A DNA stretch of 64,000 nt from a virus (IMGVR_UViG_3300025084_003379:1-64000), one strand, 5' to 3'; numbered from the stretch's first letter, positions 1 through 7,523 are shown. The notes: generated by a model from the letters alone, not told the origin. Made by a program: numbers and translations.

Positions 1-312
1 ATTGAAGTCAAAGAAGCAGTTCACGAATCAGTGTATGATGAAAACGATCGATATGTAGGACCTGGTGTTATTGCAAAACAATATCAGAATCTCGTAAAGT
101 CAAATCCATGGATTAGTATGGTAGATCCAAGCGGAGGGCCTTGTTTAAATGAACATACAGACTTAGGTAACTTCTTCAGTGATGAGTTTAATGGATTATG
201 TATTCAATCATTTGAACCAATAGAAACAGGATATAGAATTAATACTTATGGTAAATTTGATCATTTAGCAGATACTAAAATCATAGGCGGTATAATTAAT
301 ACTTCTGAATAG
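1..312 (+). CDS. Hypothetical protein, 5'-truncated by the window edge
   Basis: Frame 1 is open from base 1 (IEVKEAVHESVYDEND...) to the stop at 310-312; the track's GTG start at 31 is probably internal. Confidence 0.6.
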   Translation: MEVKEAVHESVYDENDRYVGPGVIAKQYQNLVKSNPWISMVDPSGGPCLNEHTDLGNFFSDEFNGLCIQSFEPIETGYRINTYGKFDHLADTKIIGGIINTSE

Positions 313-341
313 TGAAACTATTTTTAAATTAAGTATATAAT
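313..341 (+). promoter_or_regulatory. Class A promoter (TGAAAC-N17-TATAAT) upstream of the ncRNA candidate
   Basis: TGAAAC 313-318, 17-nt spacer, TATAAT 336-341; the same architecture recurs at several other gene starts. Confidence 0.7.
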
Positions 342-347
342 AATAAA

Positions 348-812
348 TCCAAACGGATTAATAAGTTCTTTAAAATTATGGGAAGGCACAGAACGGAAAG
401 CTTTAGGTAGCTCCTAAATGATTATTCCAATTATGTGTAGATGCGTTGCTGAAAAATTCCTGAGCAAAAGGGAATAAGGCACTTGGCTAGGACGATGGTT
501 CACTGATATCTTAAATGAGAAATTCAGAACTGGCTAATCACCAGAGCTAAAGGTTTAACGCATTAAAAATCTAAGAGATTTTGCAAAGACTTCCAGGTAA
601 GCAAACCGCTGAATCCTGGTTAATGACTGAACAACGCAAAGAGTATGTGGCGTAAGGTACACTTAAAGATTATGATGATCAATTACGATGATTGAACCTC
701 GGCCGGTTTAATTAAGTAATAGGATGGCAGTCCAAAGAGTGGTAGTCTAATATAAAGCAGCTTTCGTTAATAAAGGTATTCTCAAATCCTTTCGCATCGT
801 CTTCCTTTTTTT
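348..812 (+). ncRNA. Large structured non-coding RNA candidate (large ornate phage RNA class; family unassigned)
   Basis: About 510-nt gap with no ORF in the track, its own promoter and a terminal T7 tract. End-to-end pairing GGAAGGC 381-387 with GTCTTCC 799-805 and GATGCG 440-445 with CGCATC 793-798, plus many internal stems. Confidence 0.65.
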
Positions 813-826
813 ATAAATCAATATCA

Positions 827-1294
827 ATGGTACACAAAGTAAAAACAATTACACTAAATGGTAAAGTTTCTGAGTATGATGTTAAGTACACTGAAGCATA
901 TGTGGCAAAAATCATCTCATCTCAATCAGACTTATATGAAGAATTAACCCCAGGCAATCTTCCATACAACACAGTAAAAGAAATTTATGTAGATGATGTT
1001 TTAGTAGCTGAATTAATAGGCTCTAAACTTTATGCAGTTATACCAGGCAAAAAACCTAAACACGACCCTTACGTAGATCGCCATTCACCAGAAGAAGAGT
1101 TTGATGAATCACATGCATTAGATATGGTATTAAATGATATGATTGAATCTATGACTGAAGAAGAGTTAGAAGAATTTTATGGAGAGATTCAAAATAAGCC
1201 AACGAAAATTTATCTACATAGTGTTACCGCACCACCACCTTATTGGGTTACTGATACTACATTAGGCGATGTAAAGATAAATTACTCTTCTTAA
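827..1294 (+). CDS. Hypothetical acidic protein
   Basis: 155-aa ORF with ATG start; no motif recognised. Confidence 0.7.
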   Translation: MVHKVKTITLNGKVSEYDVKYTEAYVAKIISSQSDLYEELTPGNLPYNTVKEIYVDDVLVAELIGSKLYAVIPGKKPKHDPYVDRHSPEEEFDESHALDMVLNDMIESMTEEELEEFYGEIQNKPTKIYLHSVTAPPPYWVTDTTLGDVKINYSS

Positions 1295-1324
1295 AAATAT
1301 ATACAATAAATTAATTAAAAGATT

Positions 1325-1771
1325 ATGATAAATATTTATGTTTCTGGTAATTGGTCAGATAAAATAACTTCATTACTACCATCGGATGAATATAAAGTAT
1401 ATGATAAAGATACTTATGATAAAGCATTGGCTACCAATCAATGGGTTATTGCAGTTAAGAGTGGAGAAGAACGATTAGTTGTACAAACTACATTATTAAG
1501 GTTTTCAGAATTTTCAACATTATTTAAAGGGTGTAATAATTTAACAGGTGTTACTTTTGGTAAAGGATTAACTGTTGGGTGTTGTTCTTTAATAAGACCA
1601 GGTACTGTAATAGGTGACCAGGTTTATATTGGAGCTGGTTCAATTATAGATTTAAATTGTAATATTGGTGATGGTGTAACTATAGGAGATAATGTAACCG
1701 TAAACGAAGGAGTTACTATTCCTAATAATACTACCATTCCATCAGGATCTGTTGTATCAATAGAAGAGTAA
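1325..1771 (+). CDS. Hexapeptide-repeat (left-handed beta-helix) acetyltransferase, NeuD/PglD-like C-terminal half
   Basis: Hexapeptide repeats: VIGDQVYIGAGSIIDLNCNIGDGVTIGDNVTVNEGVTIPNNTTIPSGSVV. Confidence 0.8.
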   Translation: MINIYVSGNWSDKITSLLPSDEYKVYDKDTYDKALATNQWVIAVKSGEERLVVQTTLLRFSEFSTLFKGCNNLTGVTFGKGLTVGCCSLIRPGTVIGDQVYIGAGSIIDLNCNIGDGVTIGDNVTVNEGVTIPNNTTIPSGSVVSIEE

Positions 1772-1791
1772 AAATTTATAAAATAGTATCT

Positions 1792-1820
1792 AAAAGGCTA
1801 GTTTAAACTGGCCTTTTTTT
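1792..1820 (+). terminator. Intrinsic terminator
   Basis: AAAAGGCTAGTT-TA-AACTGGCCTTTT stem followed by a T-run. Confidence 0.85.
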
Positions 1821-1863
1821 ATTATAAAAATAGATTCATATTGAATAAATACTATAACAGTTC

Positions 1864-1892
1864 TGAAACAAATTTATTATATGCTATATAAT
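1864..1892 (+). promoter_or_regulatory. Class A promoter upstream of the OMP gene
   Basis: TGAAAC 1864-1869, N17, TATAAT 1887-1892. Confidence 0.7.
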
Positions 1893-2051
1893 TAAATATA
1901 ATTTAAAGAAACTAAAGAAAACTGTAAACGTGTCTGTTTACGGCTACTCATTTGAAAATTTATGGAAATTTAAGTACTAGATTCATTTCTCAAAATATTC
2001 AAGTGTTTTATAATAAGTGAAAACAATTAATAACAAAAACAAATTTTAAAA

Positions 2052-2480
2052 ATGAAAAATTTAATTTTAACTTTCGCTCTAACAATCCTAGTAGGTTTTG
2101 GAGCAAACGCGCAAAATGCAAAAGGTGATTGGTACGTAGGTACTGGTGACGTTGCAAATGTTGCATGGACAGAATGGTCAATGACACCAACTTTAGGTTA
2201 CGGAGTATCCGATAAACTTATGGTAGGTTTAGGTATTGCTCAAGCTGACTCAACTGAAGATCTTGCATTAGACGTACATGCAAGGTATTTTATGAACGCA
2301 GGTGGCCAGGATTTTTTCCTATATGCTGCTATGAGTGAATTTGAAACTGATAACCTAGAATTAGGTTTAGGTAAAATGTTCACATTCCATAAAGATGCTA
2401 TTTTCGTTGACCCTAAAGTGGTTTACCACACTGGGAATAAAACAACAAATTTAACATTAGGACTTGGATTAAGATTCTAA
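2052..2480 (+). CDS. Small outer-membrane beta-barrel protein, Bacteroidota type
   Basis: Signal peptide MKNLILTFALTILVGFGANA/Q, alternating amphipathic strands (LALDVHARYF, LELGLGKMF) and C-terminal LTLGLGLRF ending in Phe. Confidence 0.75.
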   Translation: MKNLILTFALTILVGFGANAQNAKGDWYVGTGDVANVAWTEWSMTPTLGYGVSDKLMVGLGIAQADSTEDLALDVHARYFMNAGGQDFFLYAAMSEFETDNLELGLGKMFTFHKDAIFVDPKVVYHTGNKTTNLTLGLGLRF

Positions 2481-2500
2481 TCTAATTTACATATATAAAG

Positions 2501-2532
2501 AAACCCAGGATTCTAGGACCCTGGGTTTTTTT
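2501..2532 (+). terminator. Intrinsic terminator
   Basis: AAACCCAGG...CCTGGGTTT stem followed by a T-run. Confidence 0.85.
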
Positions 2533-2536
2533 GTGC

Positions 2537-2565
2537 TTAAACCTTATCTCTTTTTTCCATATAAT
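2537..2565 (+). promoter_or_regulatory. Class A promoter
   Basis: TTAAAC 2537-2542, N17, TATAAT 2560-2565. Confidence 0.6.
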
Positions 2566-2575
2566 AAATAATATA

Positions 2576-3529
2576 ATGGATATCGGTCAATACATAAATA
2601 AAGATCCTAAAAAGTATTTTATTACTTTTGGAAATGGCTTATTTAAGAATAGGTCAAAAACTCTATTTGATGAAGCCACTTCCACTGGGTGGTTTGATGG
2701 GGTTATTATAGAATCTCCAGATACTATTCAGCATTTTATGAATTTACATACCGATTCATTTTCTAAAGTAAGAGGTTTTGGTTATTGGATATGGAAGCCT
2801 TATATCATACTAAGGCAATTAATGCAAATGAATGATGGTGATTATCTTTTTTATATAGATGCAGGTTCTAGAATACTCTCACATAAAAAAGAAAGGTTTA
2901 ATGATTACATTGGGTTACTAGATACTCAGCCAGTTTGGGCGAGCGGTACAACTTCATATAAGGTTAATCAATTTACAAAAAAATCTTTATTAAGAAGATT
3001 GGATATGCTAGGTAATTCAGATTTATGCAATTGTTTACAAGTAGAGAGTGGATTTATTGCAATTAAGAAAACTAAAGAAGGTATTTCCTTTATACAAGAA
3101 TGGCTTAATCTGTGTCTAGAAGATAATTACAAATATATCACAGATGAGTTATTTGAAGAACAGGATTCTTGTTTTATAGAACATAGACATGACCAGTCTA
3201 TTCTTGATTGTCTTATTAAGATTAATGGATTTAGGTGGTTAAATTCTGATTGTTATGGAGAAGGGCCATTCTTTCATAGTAGAATGACAGATAAAGGTCC
3301 TAGAGAATTTGCACCTGATTGGTGGAGAGGAGAACCTGATTATGATCCTAATATTCATTTTCTTTTACCTGATTATAGAAAAAGTAAAAAGAATCCTAAT
3401 TGGTGGAAATTACAAAATGATAAAGAATCTAATATAGCAAAATCAGAGGAAGAGTATCTAAACCTTAAATGGGAGTATTGGGCAAATGGTCATATAACAG
3501 CAGGAGATAATGTAGATTGGTTAAAATAA
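2576..3529 (+). CDS. GT-A-fold glycosyltransferase-like protein
   Basis: RGFGYWIWKPYII, YIDAG (DxD-like) and HRHDQSIL motifs. Start reassigned to ATG 2576 because the track's TTG start at 2531 lies in the terminator tail, upstream of the promoter. Confidence 0.65.
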   Translation: MDIGQYINKDPKKYFITFGNGLFKNRSKTLFDEATSTGWFDGVIIESPDTIQHFMNLHTDSFSKVRGFGYWIWKPYIILRQLMQMNDGDYLFYIDAGSRILSHKKERFNDYIGLLDTQPVWASGTTSYKVNQFTKKSLLRRLDMLGNSDLCNCLQVESGFIAIKKTKEGISFIQEWLNLCLEDNYKYITDELFEEQDSCFIEHRHDQSILDCLIKINGFRWLNSDCYGEGPFFHSRMTDKGPREFAPDWWRGEPDYDPNIHFLLPDYRKSKKNPNWWKLQNDKESNIAKSEEEYLNLKWEYWANGHITAGDNVDWLK

Positions 3530-3554
3530 ACAAATCATTTTTTTACAATATAAT
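3526..3554 (+). promoter_or_regulatory. Class A promoter
   Basis: ATAAAC 3526-3531, N17, TATAAT 3549-3554. Confidence 0.6.
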
Positions 3555-3569
3555 AATAAACAAACAAAT

Positions 3570-3914
3570 ATGGAAACACTTTATTTTACTTTAGGTATAT
3601 TAACGGTCTTGGTTATATTAGGGGTCGTTGGTATTGTTAATGTTTGGAGCAAAGTTTCAGACTTAAAAATAGTTGAAAGAGATCTTACTGATCATATTAA
3701 TGAAATTGCAGATGATCTTAATGAAGAATTACATACACTTGCTACACAGGTACAGGATGAAACTGAAAACCTTGATATTGAGATTAGAGGAGAAGTTAAA
3801 GAATTCAGTAAATATATTGATTCTCGTCTAGATAAATTTGAAGTTAAATTAAATACTCGTTTATCAAAAATAGAAGCAGCTGTCAGTTCTGTCATCGTTA
3901 ATAACAACAAATAA
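3570..3914 (+). CDS. Membrane-anchored coiled-coil protein
   Basis: N-terminal hydrophobic helix (LYFTLGILTVLVILGVVGIV) followed by a heptad-rich segment. Confidence 0.7.
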   Translation: METLYFTLGILTVLVILGVVGIVNVWSKVSDLKIVERDLTDHINEIADDLNEELHTLATQVQDETENLDIEIRGEVKEFSKYIDSRLDKFEVKLNTRLSKIEAAVSSVIVNNNK

Positions 3915-3921
3915 TTTTAAT

Positions 3922-3994
3922 TGTGCCTTGGTGTAACTGGCAACACGTCTGGTTTTGGTCCAGAAGAGTGGAGGTTCGAGCCCTTCAGGCACAA
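3922..3994 (+). tRNA. trnQ: tRNA-Gln (UUG)
   Basis: Cloverleaf: acceptor TGTGCCT/AGGCACA, D-arm GTGT/ACAC, anticodon arm TCTGG-TT-TTG-GT-CCAGA, T-arm GGAGG-TTCGAGC-CCTTC. CCA is not encoded. Confidence 0.95.
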
Positions 3995-4010
3995 CATTGT
4001 TAAGCTACTA

Positions 4011-4019
4011 AATATATAC
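4011..4019 (+). promoter_or_regulatory. Class B (late-like) motif AATATATAC upstream of bS21
   Basis: Same single-box motif that precedes the structural genes. Confidence 0.45.
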
Positions 4020-4022
4020 TAT

Positions 4023-4223
4023 ATGATTATAATTAAAAACAGTGGTAAAGACTCTATTGATAAAATGCTTAAGAAGTATAAACAGAAACAAAAGAGAACT
4101 AAGCAAATTAGAAGTATTAGAGAAAGGAAGGAATATACGAAACCTTCCGTTAAGAAAAGAGAGCAAAAACTTAAAGCAATCTACATTCAAAAACTCAGAG
4201 ACCAAGAGCAAAAAAGGTCTTAA
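4023..4223 (+). CDS. rpsU: Ribosomal protein bS21, Bacteroidia type
   Basis: MIIIKNSGKDSIDKMLKKYKQK...IRERKEYTKPSVKKREQKLKAIYIQ; S21 KPS motif; start at ATG 4023, after the tRNA. Confidence 0.92.
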   Translation: MIIIKNSGKDSIDKMLKKYKQKQKRTKQIRSIRERKEYTKPSVKKREQKLKAIYIQKLRDQEQKRS

Positions 4224-4276
4224 TTATCTTTCACTTTATATGTAAACTTGTTATATTTAAATTAAATAAATTAATT

Positions 4277-4780
4277 ATGAAATTAGATATAAGTGAATTT
4301 GACATGGACGGTACCCAAAATACTGTTATCTTTGATCTCGATGGTACCCTTGCTGATATTGAAGAACGAAGGGAGTTTTCATCTACTATAGAAGGTAAGA
4401 TGAATTGGGATGAATTCTTTAATCCTAAAAACATTGCAATGGATAAGCCTAATCATTCGGTTATTATGATAGCAAAAATTCTTAAAGATGCTGGTCATAC
4501 TATTGTAATATTATCAGGTCGAAGTAAAGCAACCAAAGATGCTACACGAGAATGGTTAAATAAAAATAATGTACCTTTTGATATATTGAAAATGAGACCT
4601 ACCAGTCATCCATTTAAGTGGATGCCAGACGATAAGTTAAAGAAGCACTGGTTAGATACATTATTTGAAGGAGATAAGAAAAATGATATTCTTTGTGTCT
4701 TTGATGATAGAGATAAGGTAGTTAAGATGTGGCGAGAAAATGGACTTGATTGTTTTCAGGTTGCAGAAGGTAATTTTTAA
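4277..4780 (+). CDS. HAD phosphatase of the polynucleotide kinase-phosphatase (T4 PseT C-terminal) type
   Basis: VIFDLDGTLAD, LSGR, MRP and VFDDR motifs; no kinase domain present. Confidence 0.85.
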   Translation: MKLDISEFDMDGTQNTVIFDLDGTLADIEERREFSSTIEGKMNWDEFFNPKNIAMDKPNHSVIMIAKILKDAGHTIVILSGRSKATKDATREWLNKNNVPFDILKMRPTSHPFKWMPDDKLKKHWLDTLFEGDKKNDILCVFDDRDKVVKMWRENGLDCFQVAEGNF

Positions 4781-4789
4781 AAAACAAAT

Positions 4790-5005
4790 ATGAATAAAAA
4801 ACTATATAGAGGAAACGGTTATATTGGTGGCGTATGTGAAGGATTAGGTAATTGGTCAGGTATACCACCTATTTTATTTAGAGTCGGTTCTTTATTTGTA
4901 CTACCAGCAGTATTTTGGGTGTATGTCATACTATGGATATTTTTATCTAAACCAGTAAAAAGTTCAATAGACTTAGATTATGAATGGCATAATGAATCAA
5001 ATTAA
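4790..5005 (+). CDS. pspC: PspC-domain membrane protein
   Basis: KKLYR...IGGVCEGLG...LFRV...YVILWIFL signature. Confidence 0.85.
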   Translation: MNKKLYRGNGYIGGVCEGLGNWSGIPPILFRVGSLFVLPAVFWVYVILWIFLSKPVKSSIDLDYEWHNESN

Positions 5006-5099
5006 TATGAAAGGATTTTTAACCAAATTAGAATCAATAGATATATTTCTAATTATAGCATTAGGTTATTTTACTCTAATGCTTTTTTGTTTAACTTAA
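4992..5099 (+). CDS. Small single-TM protein (35 aa; alternative start at 5007), absent from the ORF track
   Basis: MNQINMKGFLTKLESIDIFLIIALGYFTLMLFCLT* fills the gap between pspC and the GH73 gene. Confidence 0.5.
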   Translation: MNQINMKGFLTKLESIDIFLIIALGYFTLMLFCLT

Positions 5100-5108
5100 A
5101 TTTAGTAT

Positions 5109-5681
5109 ATGATTTTTAAATATGATAAAGATAAATTAATGTATAACCAAGTATGTATTAAAACTTGGTTATTATATTGTTTAGGAATTTTAACAATAGT
5201 TTTAATAGTTGGGTTTTCGTTTGGTAGAACTACCGCAAAGGAAGTTCTCATTGAAAATTTACAAGAAGGAGAAACTCAAATTTTTATTACAGAGATTGAT
5301 ACCTTTTCACAAGATAAGTTAGTATCCATGCTGAAAGATCTTAATGTTGATTATCCTCACATAGTAATGGCACAATCTATTCTAGAAACTGGTCATTTTA
5401 AAAGTGATATCTTTTTAGAAAACAATAACCTCTTTGGTATGAAACAGGCAAGACGTAGAATTACAACAGCAGAAGGTACTTCAAGAAATCATGCATACTA
5501 TAATCATTGGAGAGAATCAGTATATGACTATGCATTTTATCAATGTAGGTATTTAAGTAAGTTAGATAGCGAAGAAGAATACTTTGAATACTTAGGTGCA
5601 AGTTATGCCGAAGCAAAAAACTATGTTAATATGCTAAATCAAGTAATTAAGAAAAATAACTTAGATGAATTATTTAAATAA
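5109..5681 (+). CDS. GH73 glucosaminidase-type peptidoglycan hydrolase with N-terminal TM helix
   Basis: AQSILETG...NNLFGMK catalytic motif, C-terminal YAEAKNY and TM segment WLLYCLGILTIVLIVGF. Confidence 0.85.
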   Translation: MIFKYDKDKLMYNQVCIKTWLLYCLGILTIVLIVGFSFGRTTAKEVLIENLQEGETQIFITEIDTFSQDKLVSMLKDLNVDYPHIVMAQSILETGHFKSDIFLENNNLFGMKQARRRITTAEGTSRNHAYYNHWRESVYDYAFYQCRYLSKLDSEEEYFEYLGASYAEAKNYVNMLNQVIKKNNLDELFK

Positions 5682-5754
5682 TCCCTTGAAGCTGTAAGGT
5701 TCTTGAGAGTTGAACCTAAACTAAAAATGTAGCTCTCTATATAATTAAATAAAA

Positions 5755-6288
5755 ATGAAGATGAAGAAGATTTTAATGATGATAATGGTTTCGCTTGGCC
5801 TACAATTACAAGCACAGACGTTATGTGATTCAAATATGACTTACACAACAGGTTCACAGTATCAATTAGAAATAGCAATACCAATTACAGGTAATGGTTT
5901 ACCAATGATGGCTCCGCTATATGCTGTCACTTATGGTGGACAAGATATGTTAGGTGAAGATAGTTGTTTCAATAATGCTTGTACACATGTAGTATACAAT
6001 TATAATATGTCTACTGGTATGCCTTATGATACAATCACAACTTGTATTAGTTATACCTTAACAGATTCATTAGGTTATGTTGATACAATGAGCTGTTGCT
6101 TCAATCAAGTATGGGACGGGCAAGCATGGATGAGAATGTCTATGGGTGGTACTGTTGGTATAGAAGAGTTAACTTCTACTATGATTGGTGATAATAAAAT
6201 CTATGATGTATATGGAAGAGAATTACTTACTGCACCTATCGGTCAGATGTATATTCAGAATAGAAAGAAGTATATCAAACTAAGATAA
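5755..6288 (+). CDS. Secreted Cys-containing protein with T9SS-like C-terminal domain
   Basis: Signal peptide (MKKILMMIMVSLGLQLQA/Q) and C-terminus VGIEEL...KIYDVYGRE...GQMYIQNRKKYIKLR. An AAAC-N18-TATAAT motif lies at 5716-5745. Confidence 0.6.
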   Translation: MKMKKILMMIMVSLGLQLQAQTLCDSNMTYTTGSQYQLEIAIPITGNGLPMMAPLYAVTYGGQDMLGEDSCFNNACTHVVYNYNMSTGMPYDTITTCISYTLTDSLGYVDTMSCCFNQVWDGQAWMRMSMGGTVGIEELTSTMIGDNKIYDVYGRELLTAPIGQMYIQNRKKYIKLR

Positions 6289-6305
6289 TAAAAAGCTATA
6301 AGACT

Positions 6306-6334
6306 AAAAGGCCACTCATAGAGTGGTCTTTTTT
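6306..6334. terminator. Bidirectional intrinsic terminator between convergent genes
   Basis: AAAAGGCCACTC-ATA-GAGTGGTCTTTTTT. Confidence 0.88.
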
Positions 6335-6341
6335 AGTTAAA

Positions 6342-6719
6342 TTATATTCCTAAGTCTTTATGAAGAACTTTCATAAAACCATCAAAGGTATGTTTTCCAT
6401 AATCTTCTCTTAAGATCTTACCAATTGCTAAAGCAAAATCTGTATAAGACATTGAATCATCTATCTTAATCATTGCTTTATCCATTGCTTTTGCTAATGC
6501 ATCTGATTTTTTAGATTCATCTATATTTGAAGTTTTCCAATGTTCACTATCACCAGCACCGCGAGCAGGGTGAACCCCACCAAAGTCTTGGTATGCAGGA
6601 GTACCTGTTGCATTAGTATCTTGCCCGGCCATTTCATCCCAATAATTTTTAAAATCTTGTACTGTTCCTTTATAGTGGCGGATCTTACTCAAATCCTTTC
6701 GTTCTTGATTGTTTTCCAT
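6342..6719 (-). CDS. Hypothetical protein (third gene of the minus-strand operon)
   Basis: 125-aa ORF overlapping the upstream stop and ending at the terminator. Confidence 0.75.
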   Translation of the reverse strand: MENNQERKDLSKIRHYKGTVQDFKNYWDEMAGQDTNATGTPAYQDFGGVHPARGAGDSEHWKTSNIDESKKSDALAKAMDKAMIKIDDSMSYTDFALAIGKILREDYGKHTFDGFMKVLHKDLGI

Positions 6720-6964
6720 TATTTACCGAATTTTGTTTTGAGTTTATGAATTTCGGTCTGTACCTTTAATCCTTCAAGATCAATTTTATCCATTTTTATT
6801 TTTAACTCATATAAAGCAATTGCATAATTATCGCCTCTATCTTGAGCTGCTCTATATCTTTGGATATTTTCTTTTTCCCTAGCCTTTAATCTAGTAGCAG
6901 CCTCATTAGGTTTAAATTCATAATCAGATGCTTCATTTAAATAGTTGTTAAATTTAGGTATCAT
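6719..6964 (-). CDS. Putative internal head protein (CTS-like N-terminus)
   Basis: Begins MIPKFNNYLNE/A; coiled-coil-like C-terminus. Confidence 0.6.
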   Translation of the reverse strand: MIPKFNNYLNEASDYEFKPNEAATRLKAREKENIQRYRAAQDRGDNYAIALYELKIKMDKIDLEGLKVQTEIHKLKTKFGK

Positions 6965-7467
6965 TATACTTTATAATTTTTAAGTAGATCTTTTAATTCT
7001 ACAATATCAGCAGGATTTAATTGTACATAATTTCTACCAATGTTTATTTGCATACATTTTCTACCTAGTCCAAAATCTTCAATATCCTTAGGTCCAACAA
7101 AGGTAGTTATCTGAGCATTATCAGAGCCTTTAATACCAGCCTGATTCCATGAACTAATATCAGTCCCTTCATTAAGAGTAGATTCAGACATAGCAGAATA
7201 ACTTTCGCATGCTTCATCTATTTTATTATTAATATGTTCTTTTGCTTCTTTGATATATGCCTCTGCTGTATGTTCTGCATTATCGTTTGATTCATAGCTA
7301 TTTGCCTGTTCTGCTACATGATTACCTAGTGTTTGTACTGGGCCTACTATAGCATTCATATCATATCCTGTTTCTGCTCTATTAGTTCCTCCTAAGGAAA
7401 AGGATGCAGAATCACTAGGAGCAAAACCTACAGGAATAAAATCTTCAAATAAAGGTACCTTTTTCAT
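6964..7467 (-). CDS. Putative internal head protein (CTS-like N-terminus)
   Basis: Begins MKKVPLFEDFI, has an internal TLNE/G and is preceded by a class B motif. Confidence 0.6.
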   Translation of the reverse strand: MKKVPLFEDFIPVGFAPSDSASFSLGGTNRAETGYDMNAIVGPVQTLGNHVAEQANSYESNDNAEHTAEAYIKEAKEHINNKIDEACESYSAMSESTLNEGTDISSWNQAGIKGSDNAQITTFVGPKDIEDFGLGRKCMQINIGRNYVQLNPADIVELKDLLKNYKV

Positions 7468-7480
7468 AATATTGTTATTT

Positions 7481-7493
7481 TGATTATATATTC
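7481..7493 (-). promoter_or_regulatory. Class B (late-like) promoter of the minus-strand operon
   Basis: Reverse complement reads GAATATATAATCA. Confidence 0.55.
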
Positions 7494-7494
7494 A

Positions 7495-7523
7495 TAAAAC
7501 TAACTCGCGTTTTTACATATAAA
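7495..7523 (+). promoter_or_regulatory. Class A promoter, divergent from the late-like promoter
   Basis: TAAAAC 7495-7500, N17, TATAAA 7518-7523. Confidence 0.55.

Noticed and set aside
620-750. GACTG...TAGTC resembling the P7 (R/S) elements of a group I intron within the ncRNA candidate
   Set aside because: No interrupted exon flanks it and I could not build P3/P4/P6. It stays open only for an Infernal test.
348-812. tmRNA or RNase P identity for the ncRNA candidate
   Set aside because: No GGGG...CCACCA tRNA-like ends and no GAGGAAAGTCC-type RNase P core motif.
3921-4223. 100-aa ORF in the track starting at TTG 3921
   Set aside because: Its first third is the tRNA-Gln gene; the real bS21 starts at ATG 4023.
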